Shown here piece by piece: positions 1-9,576 of a stretch of DNA of 64,000 nt (position 1 is its first letter; every line of letters starts with the position of its first letter). The notes below the pieces were generated by a model, which was not told the origin of the DNA, ran no database searches, and saw nothing but the letters and a program-made list of their open reading frames with translations. The stretch lies in sequence record LC727701.1. One strand, given 5' to 3'. The position numbers and the translations under genes are program-made.

Positions 1-1
1 T

Positions 2-130
2 TGCATTATTGATTATTTAAAATGTGATAATAAAATTACATTTAATCAAGATCAGTGGTTACACATTGGTTTTAAACTGATGTATACTTATCTAATTGTT
101 TACGAAGTACCTTTCGTAATGTATGGATAA
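2..130 (+). CDS. 3' end of a hypothetical protein truncated by the window edge
   Basis: Open frame 2 (CIIDYLKCDNK...VMYG*) ending TAA just before a terminator. Confidence 0.55.
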   Translation, partial: CIIDYLKCDNKITFNQDQWLHIGFKLMYTYLIVYEVPFVMYG

Positions 131-141
131 AGTTATATATT

Positions 142-166
142 ACCCTCTCCTTCGGGAGAGGGTTTT
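142..166 (+). terminator. Intrinsic terminator
   Basis: ACCCTCTCC-TTCG-GGAGAGGGT followed by T run. Confidence 0.85.
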
Positions 167-271
167 ATGTTTAATATTTTTTTTGTTAAGTTTTATTACC
201 CAATCTGATAGGGCTATAATGGAGTTTAGTCTTGTGGAAGTTTATAAAACCCTATTGGGAAGAGAACTACA

Positions 272-760
272 ATGGTTATTACACATCAAACTGTAGACCA
301 GATAGATACACAAGTGAGTTTAGGTTTACCTATTGGTTACTATGGTGCTAATGATGATCTATCTACATTAATTAGGATGATTGGTGATTGGAACATCAGA
401 CCCATTGAAGAGCGTAGGACACCAGGTACAGGTTATATTGTAGCTGTCCCATCGAATACTCGTACACGAGTGATTTACACTGCTGGTCGTAAGAAATGGC
501 TAGAAGCATTAGATTTTAGCCCCGAATTAGCTGAGAAGTATATTCGTGCTTGTAGTGCAATAAAACGATGCTGGGACCACGATGTCGCAACCTTTGTCCT
601 GACACATAATAAAATTAGCGACGAATTACTTAAAGAATTGATGAGTGTTGAGAATCCTAAAGCTGTACTCAATCACTATAAAATTCCTGTAAAGATTTCT
701 AGAAATAGAATAATTGCAGCTTGTCAAATAATCTTCAATATTCGTGGACTAAAAGTCTAA
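272..760 (+). CDS. Hypothetical protein (162 aa)
   Basis: ORF with GGGAAG RBS, followed by a terminator. Confidence 0.75.
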   Translation: MVITHQTVDQIDTQVSLGLPIGYYGANDDLSTLIRMIGDWNIRPIEERRTPGTGYIVAVPSNTRTRVIYTAGRKKWLEALDFSPELAEKYIRACSAIKRCWDHDVATFVLTHNKISDELLKELMSVENPKAVLNHYKIPVKISRNRIIAACQIIFNIRGLKV

Positions 761-769
761 TACTTTTAT

Positions 770-799
770 AGGAGAGAACCGCCATGGTTCTCTCTTTTT
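770..799 (+). terminator. Intrinsic terminator
   Basis: GAGAGAACC-GCCAT-GGTTCTCTC plus T run. Confidence 0.8.
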
Positions 800-850
800 G
801 ACGTAAGTGCATTATTGTTATGATAAGACTTTCGTATAAGGAAAACTACT

Positions 851-1282
851 ATGTTACTTTTTGTTGATACAGAATTTGATACGCCTACTGGTACTCTTAT
901 TTCACTCGGTATTGTTAGTGAAGATCGACGTTGTGAATTCTACGAAGTTCTACCATATGACAATATTGAAGATGAATGGGTTAAAGAAAACGTTATTCCT
1001 ATTCTTCAAAAAGAACCAATCTCTTTAGAAGAATTCCATGATAGACTAGCCAAGTTTCTTGGTCAGTTTGCTCGATTACATTTTATAGCTAATCATGTTA
1101 ACGATATGGTTTACACTGGTAAAGCTATGGATATGGGTAAAGGTAAACAAGTTGTTGAGTTACCAACTATATTTGAATTAAATCATGAGCTAAGTGGAAA
1201 AGGTTCTAAAATGCTTCACAACGCACTATTTGATGCTCGTGCAACCCTAGATGACTGGGAGCGTTTAAATGGTGTGAACTAA
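851..1282 (+). CDS. DEDDh 3'-5' exo(ribo)nuclease, RNase AS/Rv2179c-like
   Basis: N-terminal FVDTEF (ExoI), LISLGIV, C-terminal HNALFDA (ExoIII with His). Confidence 0.8.
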   Translation: MLLFVDTEFDTPTGTLISLGIVSEDRRCEFYEVLPYDNIEDEWVKENVIPILQKEPISLEEFHDRLAKFLGQFARLHFIANHVNDMVYTGKAMDMGKGKQVVELPTIFELNHELSGKGSKMLHNALFDARATLDDWERLNGVN

Positions 1283-1301
1283 CCTTTTTGGGATAGCCAT
1301 C

Positions 1302-1961
1302 ATGACTAATACCTTTGAGAAGATGTCAGGCGACAAAGATAGAAAAAGTCGTCCAGAAATCGTACTGCGTTTGCTGATCGCAACCAGTTTTCCTCAATCC
1401 GTTTTAGCCGATTTGACTTTTGATATTACTAAGCAAGTTGGTATTACTGATAACGATGAATTAGAGAAGATTGCTAATGACATGCGTGATGTTGAACGTA
1501 AGTTTGATATGACTGATTTCATTAGATGTATTGATCTACGTCGTAATGGTAATGACGTAAATATAACTGTTAATTGTTGGGATTTTGATCCACGTGCTAA
1601 AACCATCGAGGATCGTGCGGAGAACCATGAATTCCTGGCAAACAGTAATATTACCTTACATTCACCAGAAACAGATTTTAATGATCCACGTGAACTAGCT
1701 AGTAAATTAGTTGGACTATTTTTTCGTAGCAAGATAGGTCAAAAGCCGTCAGCTAGTAATTTTACTAAGGGATGGAAAATTCTTAGTAAACCAATTAGTA
1801 AATCTAAAAATACAGGTGATATAGAATCAATCGATCTAGTTGATGCTATTGAACTAGTAGCTCAGAGTCTAGCTAAGCGTAGATTTAACATTAAAATTAC
1901 CACAAGTGCTATTTTATTACTTGATCAGAAAAGACGGTTATTTAATATAACGCGTGGTTAA
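1302..1961 (+). CDS. Hypothetical protein (219 aa)
   Basis: ORF with GGGA RBS, ends at a convergent terminator. Confidence 0.75.
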   Translation: MTNTFEKMSGDKDRKSRPEIVLRLLIATSFPQSVLADLTFDITKQVGITDNDELEKIANDMRDVERKFDMTDFIRCIDLRRNGNDVNITVNCWDFDPRAKTIEDRAENHEFLANSNITLHSPETDFNDPRELASKLVGLFFRSKIGQKPSASNFTKGWKILSKPISKSKNTGDIESIDLVDAIELVAQSLAKRRFNIKITTSAILLLDQKRRLFNITRG

Positions 1962-1972
1962 AACAACATAAT

Positions 1973-1993
1973 GCCCTCCCATTGTGGGAGGGC
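1973..1993. terminator. Bidirectional terminator between convergent genes
   Basis: GCCCTCCC-ATTGT-GGGAGGGC flanked by CATAA/TTATG. Confidence 0.8.
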
Positions 1994-2001
1994 TTATGCC
2001 G

Positions 2002-3951
2002 TTAAACTTTTACAAGTTTATCATTTTCTATTTTCCAATTAGCATGGAAAGAAATTGGTTGACCAGTGGTCTCATCAAGAATGTCACCAGTCTTTAACCT
2101 ATTTTTAATAGCTCGATTATTTCCAAAGAATGGAACTAGTTTAGCTACTGTTACATCAGCTAATCCTGGATCTTTCATTACATACCAGCCAGGCGTTGAA
2201 GCCAGTTCATCATACTGGACAACTTTAGAAGTATCTGCAAAGATAACAATATCACCATGTCGTCCGTTCTGGACACGTTGTGATAGTTTACCCCATGTGG
2301 AGTTATTATCATAAACATATACATTAGCTGTATTCAATGTCTCACCAAGGAATGTACGACGTAATGCAGTCAATACTATTGGTTTTATATTAATGTTATT
2401 CTTATATGCATTCGCTACACGATACATATACTTGGTCATGCTAAGATTAATATATTCATAAATTTTAGCTTTACTTATCCCTTTATAATCATCCCATGCC
2501 ATTGTACCTATAAGGGATGCTTCATTATAAAGAGAAGCAGGTTTTGAACTAAGTACCACTTGATGCTGCATTGTGTAAGTATAAGGTACACGTACGTTAA
2601 TACGTATCTGATCATTATCATGGATTAAAAGAGTTGATCCATGAGTTATCAGATCCCACTGAGTAATGCCCTGACTAAATAAGAATGATCCAACTAAATA
2701 GCCATTTATTTGAATATCGCCTAGATAATCCTGATGGTCAGTGCCATTTGAGTAACCTAGATTAAGATCAAAATAACGCTTAGCTGTTAATATCTGAGTA
2801 GTATCAATAGCTTGGCCATTATCACGTGCAACAAAGATACCATCATCTACACCAACTTGGAATCTAAATGAAATAGCATACGGTTTATTAGGATTTTCAG
2901 ATGTCGTACACAGAAAATTGTAAATGTACTCGCCAGTATGATCGAAGGTAAATTCAGGAATATCTTCTTTGTTATACGCTGGGAAAGTAACAAGCTTAAT
3001 CTCACTTTCACTTGAATCACCTTTGATAACAAAGTCAGTTACTTGACCATTACCAATAGATTTATTCATACCTGTAAACAAACCAGATGATGCAGCTTTT
3101 GGTGACCAGCTTAGCATCTGATTTACAGTATATTGAACATCTGACCTATCAACAACACCAGAGAAATAAGAACCAAAATTAAAGGCTAGTCTATTAGCGG
3201 TAAATGCAAAACTACCATTATTTTCTTTAGCATCTTCAATATTAGTGTAATCTCTTGAAGCAGAATCAGTTATAACAAAGATACCATTACCCGATTTACG
3301 CCAAGTAGCTAGATTATCGATAGTCGCCTGACTCACTCTTTCAGGAGTTAATGCGCCAGTATTATGATCTTTAGTAGAAAATAGAATACATGCATAATAC
3401 TTATTAAGATCTGTTAAAGTAAGGTCTACTGTGCCACCCATCATTTCTGGGTAATAAACATCATAGGTAGAATCTTGTACACGAGCAGCCGTATCTAGTA
3501 TCTTTTTAAAACCATTACCTGACGTATTGAGGACTGAATAAGGTTCACTAGGATTACTATCTGTGATTACTAAGAATTTCTTTCCAGTTGATTCGTACTT
3601 ACTACCATTCCTAATAAACCCAATAGCATTATAAAAATATCTTACCCATCCCCATAGATCTTGAGGGTTTGTTGTATTAGCCGGAATTTGGTAAGTATCA
3701 TAGTTTAAATTATAGAATTTTGGAAAACTACAATCATAAAGAACATTACCAGTGCCATCTTGCACAACAGCAATAAATGGACTACCACCTGTTGCAGGGT
3801 CACCATCATAAGCAATGTATTCAGAGAGCACCGGAGGTAACTCCGGGCTCACTGTATAATACACCTTCTGAATATCTGAACTAAAGTTAAATTTAACTTT
3901 AGAGTTTAGTGCCACAGGACCCGGCACTTGCGACGGGACAATAGAAGGCAT
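2002..3951 (-). CDS. Putative virion structural/tail-associated protein (649 aa)
   Basis: Long ORF rich in G/S/T/N/D/Y with beta-strand character, in an oppositely oriented operon; function is inference. Confidence 0.45.
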   Translation of the reverse strand: MPSIVPSQVPGPVALNSKVKFNFSSDIQKVYYTVSPELPPVLSEYIAYDGDPATGGSPFIAVVQDGTGNVLYDCSFPKFYNLNYDTYQIPANTTNPQDLWGWVRYFYNAIGFIRNGSKYESTGKKFLVITDSNPSEPYSVLNTSGNGFKKILDTAARVQDSTYDVYYPEMMGGTVDLTLTDLNKYYACILFSTKDHNTGALTPERVSQATIDNLATWRKSGNGIFVITDSASRDYTNIEDAKENNGSFAFTANRLAFNFGSYFSGVVDRSDVQYTVNQMLSWSPKAASSGLFTGMNKSIGNGQVTDFVIKGDSSESEIKLVTFPAYNKEDIPEFTFDHTGEYIYNFLCTTSENPNKPYAISFRFQVGVDDGIFVARDNGQAIDTTQILTAKRYFDLNLGYSNGTDHQDYLGDIQINGYLVGSFLFSQGITQWDLITHGSTLLIHDNDQIRINVRVPYTYTMQHQVVLSSKPASLYNEASLIGTMAWDDYKGISKAKIYEYINLSMTKYMYRVANAYKNNINIKPIVLTALRRTFLGETLNTANVYVYDNNSTWGKLSQRVQNGRHGDIVIFADTSKVVQYDELASTPGWYVMKDPGLADVTVAKLVPFFGNNRAIKNRLKTGDILDETTGQPISFHANWKIENDKLVKV

Positions 3952-3961
3952 TTCTCACTCC

Positions 3962-4432
3962 TTACGGGGTATACACGGGAATATCAGCCGTCTTAATAGG
4001 TGAGTCAACTCGAATATAATAAGTGATTGGTACAGACAGGCTATACCCACGGATATTTAAAATCCCTGTAGATGAATCGAGATCCCAACCAATACTAGCA
4101 GAAGCGCTAATAAGCTTACCACTAGTAGGACTAGTAGTTTCAGGGTCGATAATCTTGAGATCAACGATGGCTGTAGCCAGAGTATAATCACCCATAGAAG
4201 TAATAACTTTGGAAAGATCATAAGTAACTACATCTCCTGGGTTTAATGTACCAGTTTGAAATAGAATTGGTTTTAAACCAGTACTAGGACCTGGACCAGG
4301 GCCACCACCAGATTCTAGGATGGTTGTTACTTTGTCAACCCACCTTAAAATCGCATTATACATTTCTTCACTGGTGGCTTCAGGCCCAAGAATAAGATCT
4401 TCACCAGTATTAGATGAATGTGGATCAGACAT
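3962..4432 (-). CDS. Putative virion structural protein (156 aa)
   Basis: ORF co-oriented with neighbours; GGGPGPGP linker followed by a beta-rich domain. Confidence 0.4.
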   Translation of the reverse strand: MSDPHSSNTGEDLILGPEATSEEMYNAILRWVDKVTTILESGGGPGPGPSTGLKPILFQTGTLNPGDVVTYDLSKVITSMGDYTLATAIVDLKIIDPETTSPTSGKLISASASIGWDLDSSTGILNIRGYSLSVPITYYIRVDSPIKTADIPVYTP

Positions 4433-4443
4433 TTCTGTCTCCT

Positions 4444-6555
4444 TTAAAACCGCATATATGCGGGCTGATATGGTTTATACATACGTGTATCAAAGTCATT
4501 AAAATCAATTGCGATATCATACTTCTCAAATGATTCTTTTAGCATCTGATAAATGATTTTATTTTCATCAAAATTATTATTTTTATCAACATAACTTTCT
4601 AATGACTCTGTGATCTCAAATGGAGATTTAATACCCATAATAGCTTCAACCATCGCCTGACTCCATTTTAGAATGTCATCTGACCTTGTTGAGATATTCG
4701 GTTCATCTTCTGTATCGAGAGTACATTGATATACGACTGTTTGTGAATCCTGACCTTTACGGTAAATTCGAGCAATAGCTTGTTCTAGAATGTAATGCCT
4801 AAACGGTGAATTAATTGTCACCATAGTATCAGCCATCGTCATACGGACCGCTGTTGAAAGGGAAGCATATGTAGCTACCAATGGATTTAATTTAGGGTCT
4901 TTCTCAAATCTACTGATTATTTGAGGTAAATTGTCATTGGTTTTACCATACACCACCGCCGGATGCATACCTAATTTATTGGTGTACTTATCAACAGTAT
5001 CAACAACCTCAACAAACGATGTAAATGCAATCGTTTTCTTCATAGTTGATTCAGTGATACCAACCCAGTCAATATACGGTACCATGTCCACATGGCACTG
5101 AATGCGTTTAGCACCTAAAACCCTTCCCAAACATTCACCTTGTATCTTTAGCATAACGTATTTTATAACTGATTTAATATCTCTAAAAGCAGCTATTTCA
5201 TTACGAGGTAAAGTTGGCTCTATAAACATTTTTTCATATTGGTTAGATTCTTTAATTTCTTCACCAATGTATCGCGGGTCTTGATTCTTCTGAATTATTT
5301 TAATCAAATTCTTATAGCGAGCGAAACCATCTTTCTGCGCCTGGGTCTTAAGAGAGTTCTCGTGTATCGCCATTAGTTTAGCCCAATACTTCTCATCTTC
5401 TGGTCGGCGCGCAGCATAGAACTTTACACGTTCTCTAATAAAAGCTTCACAATCACGTTTAATGGCATTAAGAGTATACTGTGATCCATTTGGTATCTTG
5501 ATACGATACGCTTTTATCCTCGGTGGTAAAACCTCAGTATCTTTCTTTTCAATGACGTACGCAATTAACCCAAAGCGATGTTGGACAATATCTAATCCTT
5601 TCTGTGTCTCTTTTCCAAATGCTTTCTTAAAACGTTCTTCAACCTCATTGGTGAAGAGATCGTCTAATACTCTTAATGCACTTACTAATTCAGAACCAAG
5701 TGCTTTAACAGGGGTACCTGACGCTAATAATCTGTTATTAGAGTTAGACATAAAACATATTTGCTGGAACTTAAGAGATTGTGCAGAATTAGGATCGTTC
5801 ATATTGTGTGATTCATCCAGAATCACCGTAATGCTCTTACCTTTGAATATACCGCTTCTTAATAGATCAATTATTTTATCTTGCGCCTGGTAATGGGATA
5901 TAAGTATTCTTTGACCGTTGTAGGCTTTATCATCAATGGTCGACCATACTTTTTGTCTTTCCTTATACATCTCAATAATAGATGGCTTCCATATTAGATC
6001 AATAGACTTCTTTTCACAAACAACTATAATGATATCCGACTCAACCATTTCAGCAATAGCCATCGTCATGAATGTCTTACCAGTACCAGGTTTACCTGCA
6101 ACAATATCACCACGTAAACCATACTGGTCAATTCGATAATTATAATTTTCAAAATAAGCTTTTTGAGACTCATCTGGTGTAAATGTCAATTTGTCTAACA
6201 TCTTGAAATTGAGTCTACCTGGTACAGAGTTGGTATCTACAGGACGAGTATTTTTTAACCAGGTATATTGAAGCATTGCTTCACGGATGGCATTAACAGT
6301 TTTAATAGAGATGTATCTACTTCTATAATTCTTTACTGCTTCTAGCATGTAATATATTTCAGGAGCAAAGAATTTATAAAATGAAATACTACGACGACTA
6401 ACCGTGTTAAATAACTGCGTAGCTAATTTAGTGGTTCGCCAATACTTGTTAATATCTCTAATGAATGCAGCACCATCAAAACCACTGATGATAATTTCTT
6501 GATCAGTTTCAGTAATTGATAGCGAGCCCATTAGCTTCCTAAATGAGTCTATCAT
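4444..6555 (-). CDS. SF2 (DExH, SNF2-like) helicase
   Basis: Walker A GKPGTGKT, ILDESH, motif III SGTP, motif V ATYASLSTAVRMTMAD, motif VI QAIARIYRKGQ. Confidence 0.9.
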   Translation of the reverse strand: MIDSFRKLMGSLSITETDQEIIISGFDGAAFIRDINKYWRTTKLATQLFNTVSRRSISFYKFFAPEIYYMLEAVKNYRSRYISIKTVNAIREAMLQYTWLKNTRPVDTNSVPGRLNFKMLDKLTFTPDESQKAYFENYNYRIDQYGLRGDIVAGKPGTGKTFMTMAIAEMVESDIIIVVCEKKSIDLIWKPSIIEMYKERQKVWSTIDDKAYNGQRILISHYQAQDKIIDLLRSGIFKGKSITVILDESHNMNDPNSAQSLKFQQICFMSNSNNRLLASGTPVKALGSELVSALRVLDDLFTNEVEERFKKAFGKETQKGLDIVQHRFGLIAYVIEKKDTEVLPPRIKAYRIKIPNGSQYTLNAIKRDCEAFIRERVKFYAARRPEDEKYWAKLMAIHENSLKTQAQKDGFARYKNLIKIIQKNQDPRYIGEEIKESNQYEKMFIEPTLPRNEIAAFRDIKSVIKYVMLKIQGECLGRVLGAKRIQCHVDMVPYIDWVGITESTMKKTIAFTSFVEVVDTVDKYTNKLGMHPAVVYGKTNDNLPQIISRFEKDPKLNPLVATYASLSTAVRMTMADTMVTINSPFRHYILEQAIARIYRKGQDSQTVVYQCTLDTEDEPNISTRSDDILKWSQAMVEAIMGIKSPFEITESLESYVDKNNNFDENKIIYQMLKESFEKYDIAIDFNDFDTRMYKPYQPAYMRF

Positions 6556-6620
6556 TGCATTTTTCCTTAAGGGGTATGTAAATATAACTCTAAGTCATAA
6601 GATTAGCTAACGAATAAAAA

Positions 6621-6823
6621 TACGCACAGTGCAATGATATAGAGCAAGGCAGTTTGCGTAAAACGCACTGCACTTTAAGGGGGTGATCCAGTCGTAAATC
6701 AACCGGGGTACTAAAGTATCGTCAGGAACGACACGAGCCCCAACTACGGTGCCTTGCTACTTACCGACCTCTAGATAGGGGTCGGACCTATTACATTAAA
6801 GGAGCCCACCAGGGGCTCCTTTA
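6621..6823 (+). ncRNA. Candidate structured non-coding RNA
   Basis: GC-richer ORF-free intergenic segment with helices 6643-6651/6750-6758, 6628-6633/6669-6674, 6655-6659/6663-6667, 6763-6771/6776-6785 and its own terminator; a G-U pair favours the + strand. Confidence 0.55.
6798..6823 (+). terminator. Intrinsic terminator
   Basis: AAAGGAGCCC-ACCAG-GGGCTCCTTT. Confidence 0.8.
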
Positions 6824-6842
6824 TGTCATTCATTATAAATTA

Positions 6843-6861
6843 ATTTAAATCTATATTACAG
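6843..6861 (+). promoter_or_regulatory. phiKZ-type early promoter
   Basis: ATTTAAATC-TATATTAC (6852-6859) upstream of ORF 6906. Confidence 0.7.
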
Positions 6862-6905
6862 GATTACCATAAAGATATTTATCCTTTTATAATGAGGAAA
6901 AGATT

Positions 6906-7301
6906 ATGTCCGATATTAATAGCACCAATGTAACAGATGAATTAGTACCTTATTTTCCATCGGCGGATGCCATTACTAATTCTACTATTAGGGATGAAGT
7001 AATTCCTAATATTTTGTTATTCTACAAGAATGCTTTTAGTGACTTCCAACACGTTAGTAATATCACAGGTACTAACCAGATTGCATCAGGTTATTTACCA
7101 GGTGTAGGTTATTATTTCGAGTATAGTGTTACCGGTAATGCTAATCTTATTCCACCTGAAGCAATTAAAGTATTACGTAATGTAATCACTAAAAATGGAT
7201 ATAAAGATGACATTACCATTACACCAAAAGGTTTTGGCCTAATCAATTGGTTCATTGTAAGAGTATACGTAGATGAGCAAATTAAGAAGACTACTCAATA
7301 A
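6906..7301 (+). CDS. Hypothetical early protein (131 aa)
   Basis: GAGGA RBS; first gene after the promoter. Confidence 0.8.
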   Translation: MSDINSTNVTDELVPYFPSADAITNSTIRDEVIPNILLFYKNAFSDFQHVSNITGTNQIASGYLPGVGYYFEYSVTGNANLIPPEAIKVLRNVITKNGYKDDITITPKGFGLINWFIVRVYVDEQIKKTTQ

Positions 7302-7449
7302 AGAATTAGAAAAAGAGTTAGTTAAAAAACTAGATTTTCTAGAACGTGATTTTAGAGCTATAAAAGAAGTTATCAAAACTGGAAAATATCCTGATCCTGT
7401 TAATCCGAATCGCAGACAAAGTGATTATGATTTATCTTTTAATAATTAA
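7273..7449 (+). CDS. Small hypothetical protein (58 aa, not in ORF track)
   Basis: MSKLRRLLNKELEKEL...SFNN*; fills the gap between two genes. Confidence 0.55.
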   Translation: MSKLRRLLNKELEKELVKKLDFLERDFRAIKEVIKTGKYPDPVNPNRRQSDYDLSFNN

Positions 7450-7465
7450 CCTATAAGAGGATGCT

Positions 7466-7867
7466 ATGGAAATCACATTTCCATCTGTAAAAGAAGTAAT
7501 GACAACTGATCCAGCATTTATTGATTTGGTTCTGAAAAGTAAATTACTTACTATCCGTAAAGCAATGATTGATGTTATTCGAAACATTGAGAATACATCA
7601 CTAGCATCTAGTAGGCTTGTTAAACAGAAAAGCTATCCATATCAAACTACTTTCGAACTTGTATTTAACCCAAAGGTTTTTAAATGGTTTGATAAAACAG
7701 ATGCTATCAATATTAAAAATATTCTTCATGCTGAAGTAGTTAACCAGGATTGGGAGAGTATTGATATTTCTTATAATGGTAGGGATATACATGGTTTTGA
7801 AAAAGTGACTATTGTATTAACTCCTATGAAAGATGAAGCTATTAAATATGATCTTTCAAAAGCATGA
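7466..7867 (+). CDS. Hypothetical protein (133 aa)
   Basis: GAGGA RBS. Confidence 0.8.
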   Translation: MEITFPSVKEVMTTDPAFIDLVLKSKLLTIRKAMIDVIRNIENTSLASSRLVKQKSYPYQTTFELVFNPKVFKWFDKTDAINIKNILHAEVVNQDWESIDISYNGRDIHGFEKVTIVLTPMKDEAIKYDLSKA

Positions 7868-7883
7868 ATTAAGATAACATATA

Positions 7884-7905
7884 CCCTCCCCTTTATTGGG
7901 GAGGG
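7884..7905 (+). terminator. Terminator hairpin
   Basis: CCCTCCCC-TTTATT-GGGGAGGG. Confidence 0.75.
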
Positions 7906-8109
7906 ATTATTTACTTATATGTTTAATAGAATAAGGACTCTACCTTGGAATAATGCTAATGCTCTTCACCAGAGAAAAGAGATATATAGATAGACGTATT
8001 ACACATTATCAGGTTGAGTAGTAAATTAAAACAACCAATAATACGTTATTCAATATTGAAATAGTTGTTATAAAACATTTATATTAATCTAATACAGGAA
8101 ATAAAGAAA

Positions 8110-8820
8110 ATGGGTGATTATGTATATTTAGAAACTCAAGCTAAAGTAAATAATGAATGGATTGGTATCGAAGATATTGAACTAACACAGAATTATGATC
8201 TTTATGCATATCTACTTGATATTCGCAATTATTGGGATGTAAAACCATTTGCTTACCATAATGGTGTTCCTGATGATCTGAAAAAGAAACCAGAATGGTG
8301 GAGTAGTTATGATGATGATCCACGCTGTGATGCATGGATTAGTGGTGAAGCTATTCTAAAAGGTATGAGTGAGCTTAAACCAGTTACTAAAACAGTATAT
8401 ATGAGTCTATATACTTATATGTCCTGGGATCGTATGTCAGAACCAGATTGTTATTCACGGTATAGCCCACGTCTTGTAACAGATGAACCAAAAATTAATA
8501 AAATCTCTCAAAAACAATTACAGTATTATAAGAATTTAACTGAAAGTTTTTATTCTCTAAACCTTAAAGCTAATTATGATTGGAAGGTTATCGACGGTCG
8601 GTTACAACGAGTCGGGCCTAAATGTGGTAAGAATCACCTACGTAATCTACGTCGAGTATCGCGTTATCTATCTTTCTGCAATGTTCCTAATGAACCTATC
8701 AAAGTAACTTATACACTCACGGCTGATCAACAGCGAAAAGAATTTAAACCTTTTATTTATCAAGTCCGAAATGCCGTTCTTAAGTACGGTGATATCCGTC
8801 TTCTAATGAGGGTTAGATAA
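8110..8820 (+). CDS. Hypothetical phage protein (MG..E...W...NYDLYAYL..IRN...G.P.D type)
   Basis: ORF; N-terminal motif recurs in many unannotated phage proteins. Confidence 0.7.
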   Translation: MGDYVYLETQAKVNNEWIGIEDIELTQNYDLYAYLLDIRNYWDVKPFAYHNGVPDDLKKKPEWWSSYDDDPRCDAWISGEAILKGMSELKPVTKTVYMSLYTYMSWDRMSEPDCYSRYSPRLVTDEPKINKISQKQLQYYKNLTESFYSLNLKANYDWKVIDGRLQRVGPKCGKNHLRNLRRVSRYLSFCNVPNEPIKVTYTLTADQQRKEFKPFIYQVRNAVLKYGDIRLLMRVR

Positions 8821-9473
8821 TGGCAATGACAGCTATTGTCGGTAGTCGCTATGCCCCTACATGGGCCCTAGAATTGATGATACGCGCAGGAAGAACATTT
8901 GTTGATCTAGGTATAGGTATTTCATCAGGCGATGCATATGGATCAGATAGAGCTGGTTGGTATGGTGCAATTCAGTCTGATAAATGGGATACAGTAGAAA
9001 GTCGTATTTACATTATTCGAAATGGATTTCTTGGAAGACGAATTGAGAATCTAGCGTGGTTTCATGATGCCTCCGTATATACTGATACCATTCCCACAGC
9101 TATGGCAATGGCCTGTGCAGCTCGGGGAAGTTTCAATGGTTTAGGTAGAACAGGTATTGAACTACATACTCGTAATGTATTTCAAATTCATGGCCATACT
9201 TTACGTGAACCTGTTTCAACTATTATTGCATACGGTGAACAAAAGACACCAACCTCTGTAATTAGTGGTGGTACTAATACAGCGTGGCAGTTGGCATTAG
9301 ATGCAAATGTGCCAACTATGTATAACCTATACTGGTCCGATGATGTAAAGAGACTAGAAGAATGGTTAAATAAAAATGAATCTGATGAGCCATATATGCC
9401 AATTGATTGGTCTGAAATCTTAGATCCTAGAGATAGCCGTCTACCTGAATTGATGGATGAATATAATAATTAA
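8820..9473 (+). CDS. DprA/Smf-like (SLOG Rossmann fold) protein
   Basis: AIVGSR, SSGDAYGSDRAG and SGGTNTA motifs. Confidence 0.7.
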   Translation: MAMTAIVGSRYAPTWALELMIRAGRTFVDLGIGISSGDAYGSDRAGWYGAIQSDKWDTVESRIYIIRNGFLGRRIENLAWFHDASVYTDTIPTAMAMACAARGSFNGLGRTGIELHTRNVFQIHGHTLREPVSTIIAYGEQKTPTSVISGGTNTAWQLALDANVPTMYNLYWSDDVKRLEEWLNKNESDEPYMPIDWSEILDPRDSRLPELMDEYNN

Positions 9474-9507
9474 TTTTCTCAAATGAATTAGTTATAATAG
9501 CCAAAAT

Positions 9508-9533
9508 AAACCCTCCTCTTAGTAGGAGGGTTT
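9508..9533 (+). terminator. Intrinsic terminator
   Basis: AAACCCTCCT-CTTAGT-AGGAGGGTTT. Confidence 0.8.
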
Positions 9534-9576
9534 ATATCGTCTCAAATTAGATTATCAATTAGAAAAGGAACATCAA

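Noticed and set aside
6621-6812. Identification of the structured RNA as tmRNA, RNase P RNA or a c-di-GMP riboswitch
   Set aside because: Only short fragments resemble them (GGGGGTGA, GAGCAAGGC, ACGCACAG, CCCACCA); no T arm, no GAGGAAAGUC core, no GEMM consensus, and too short
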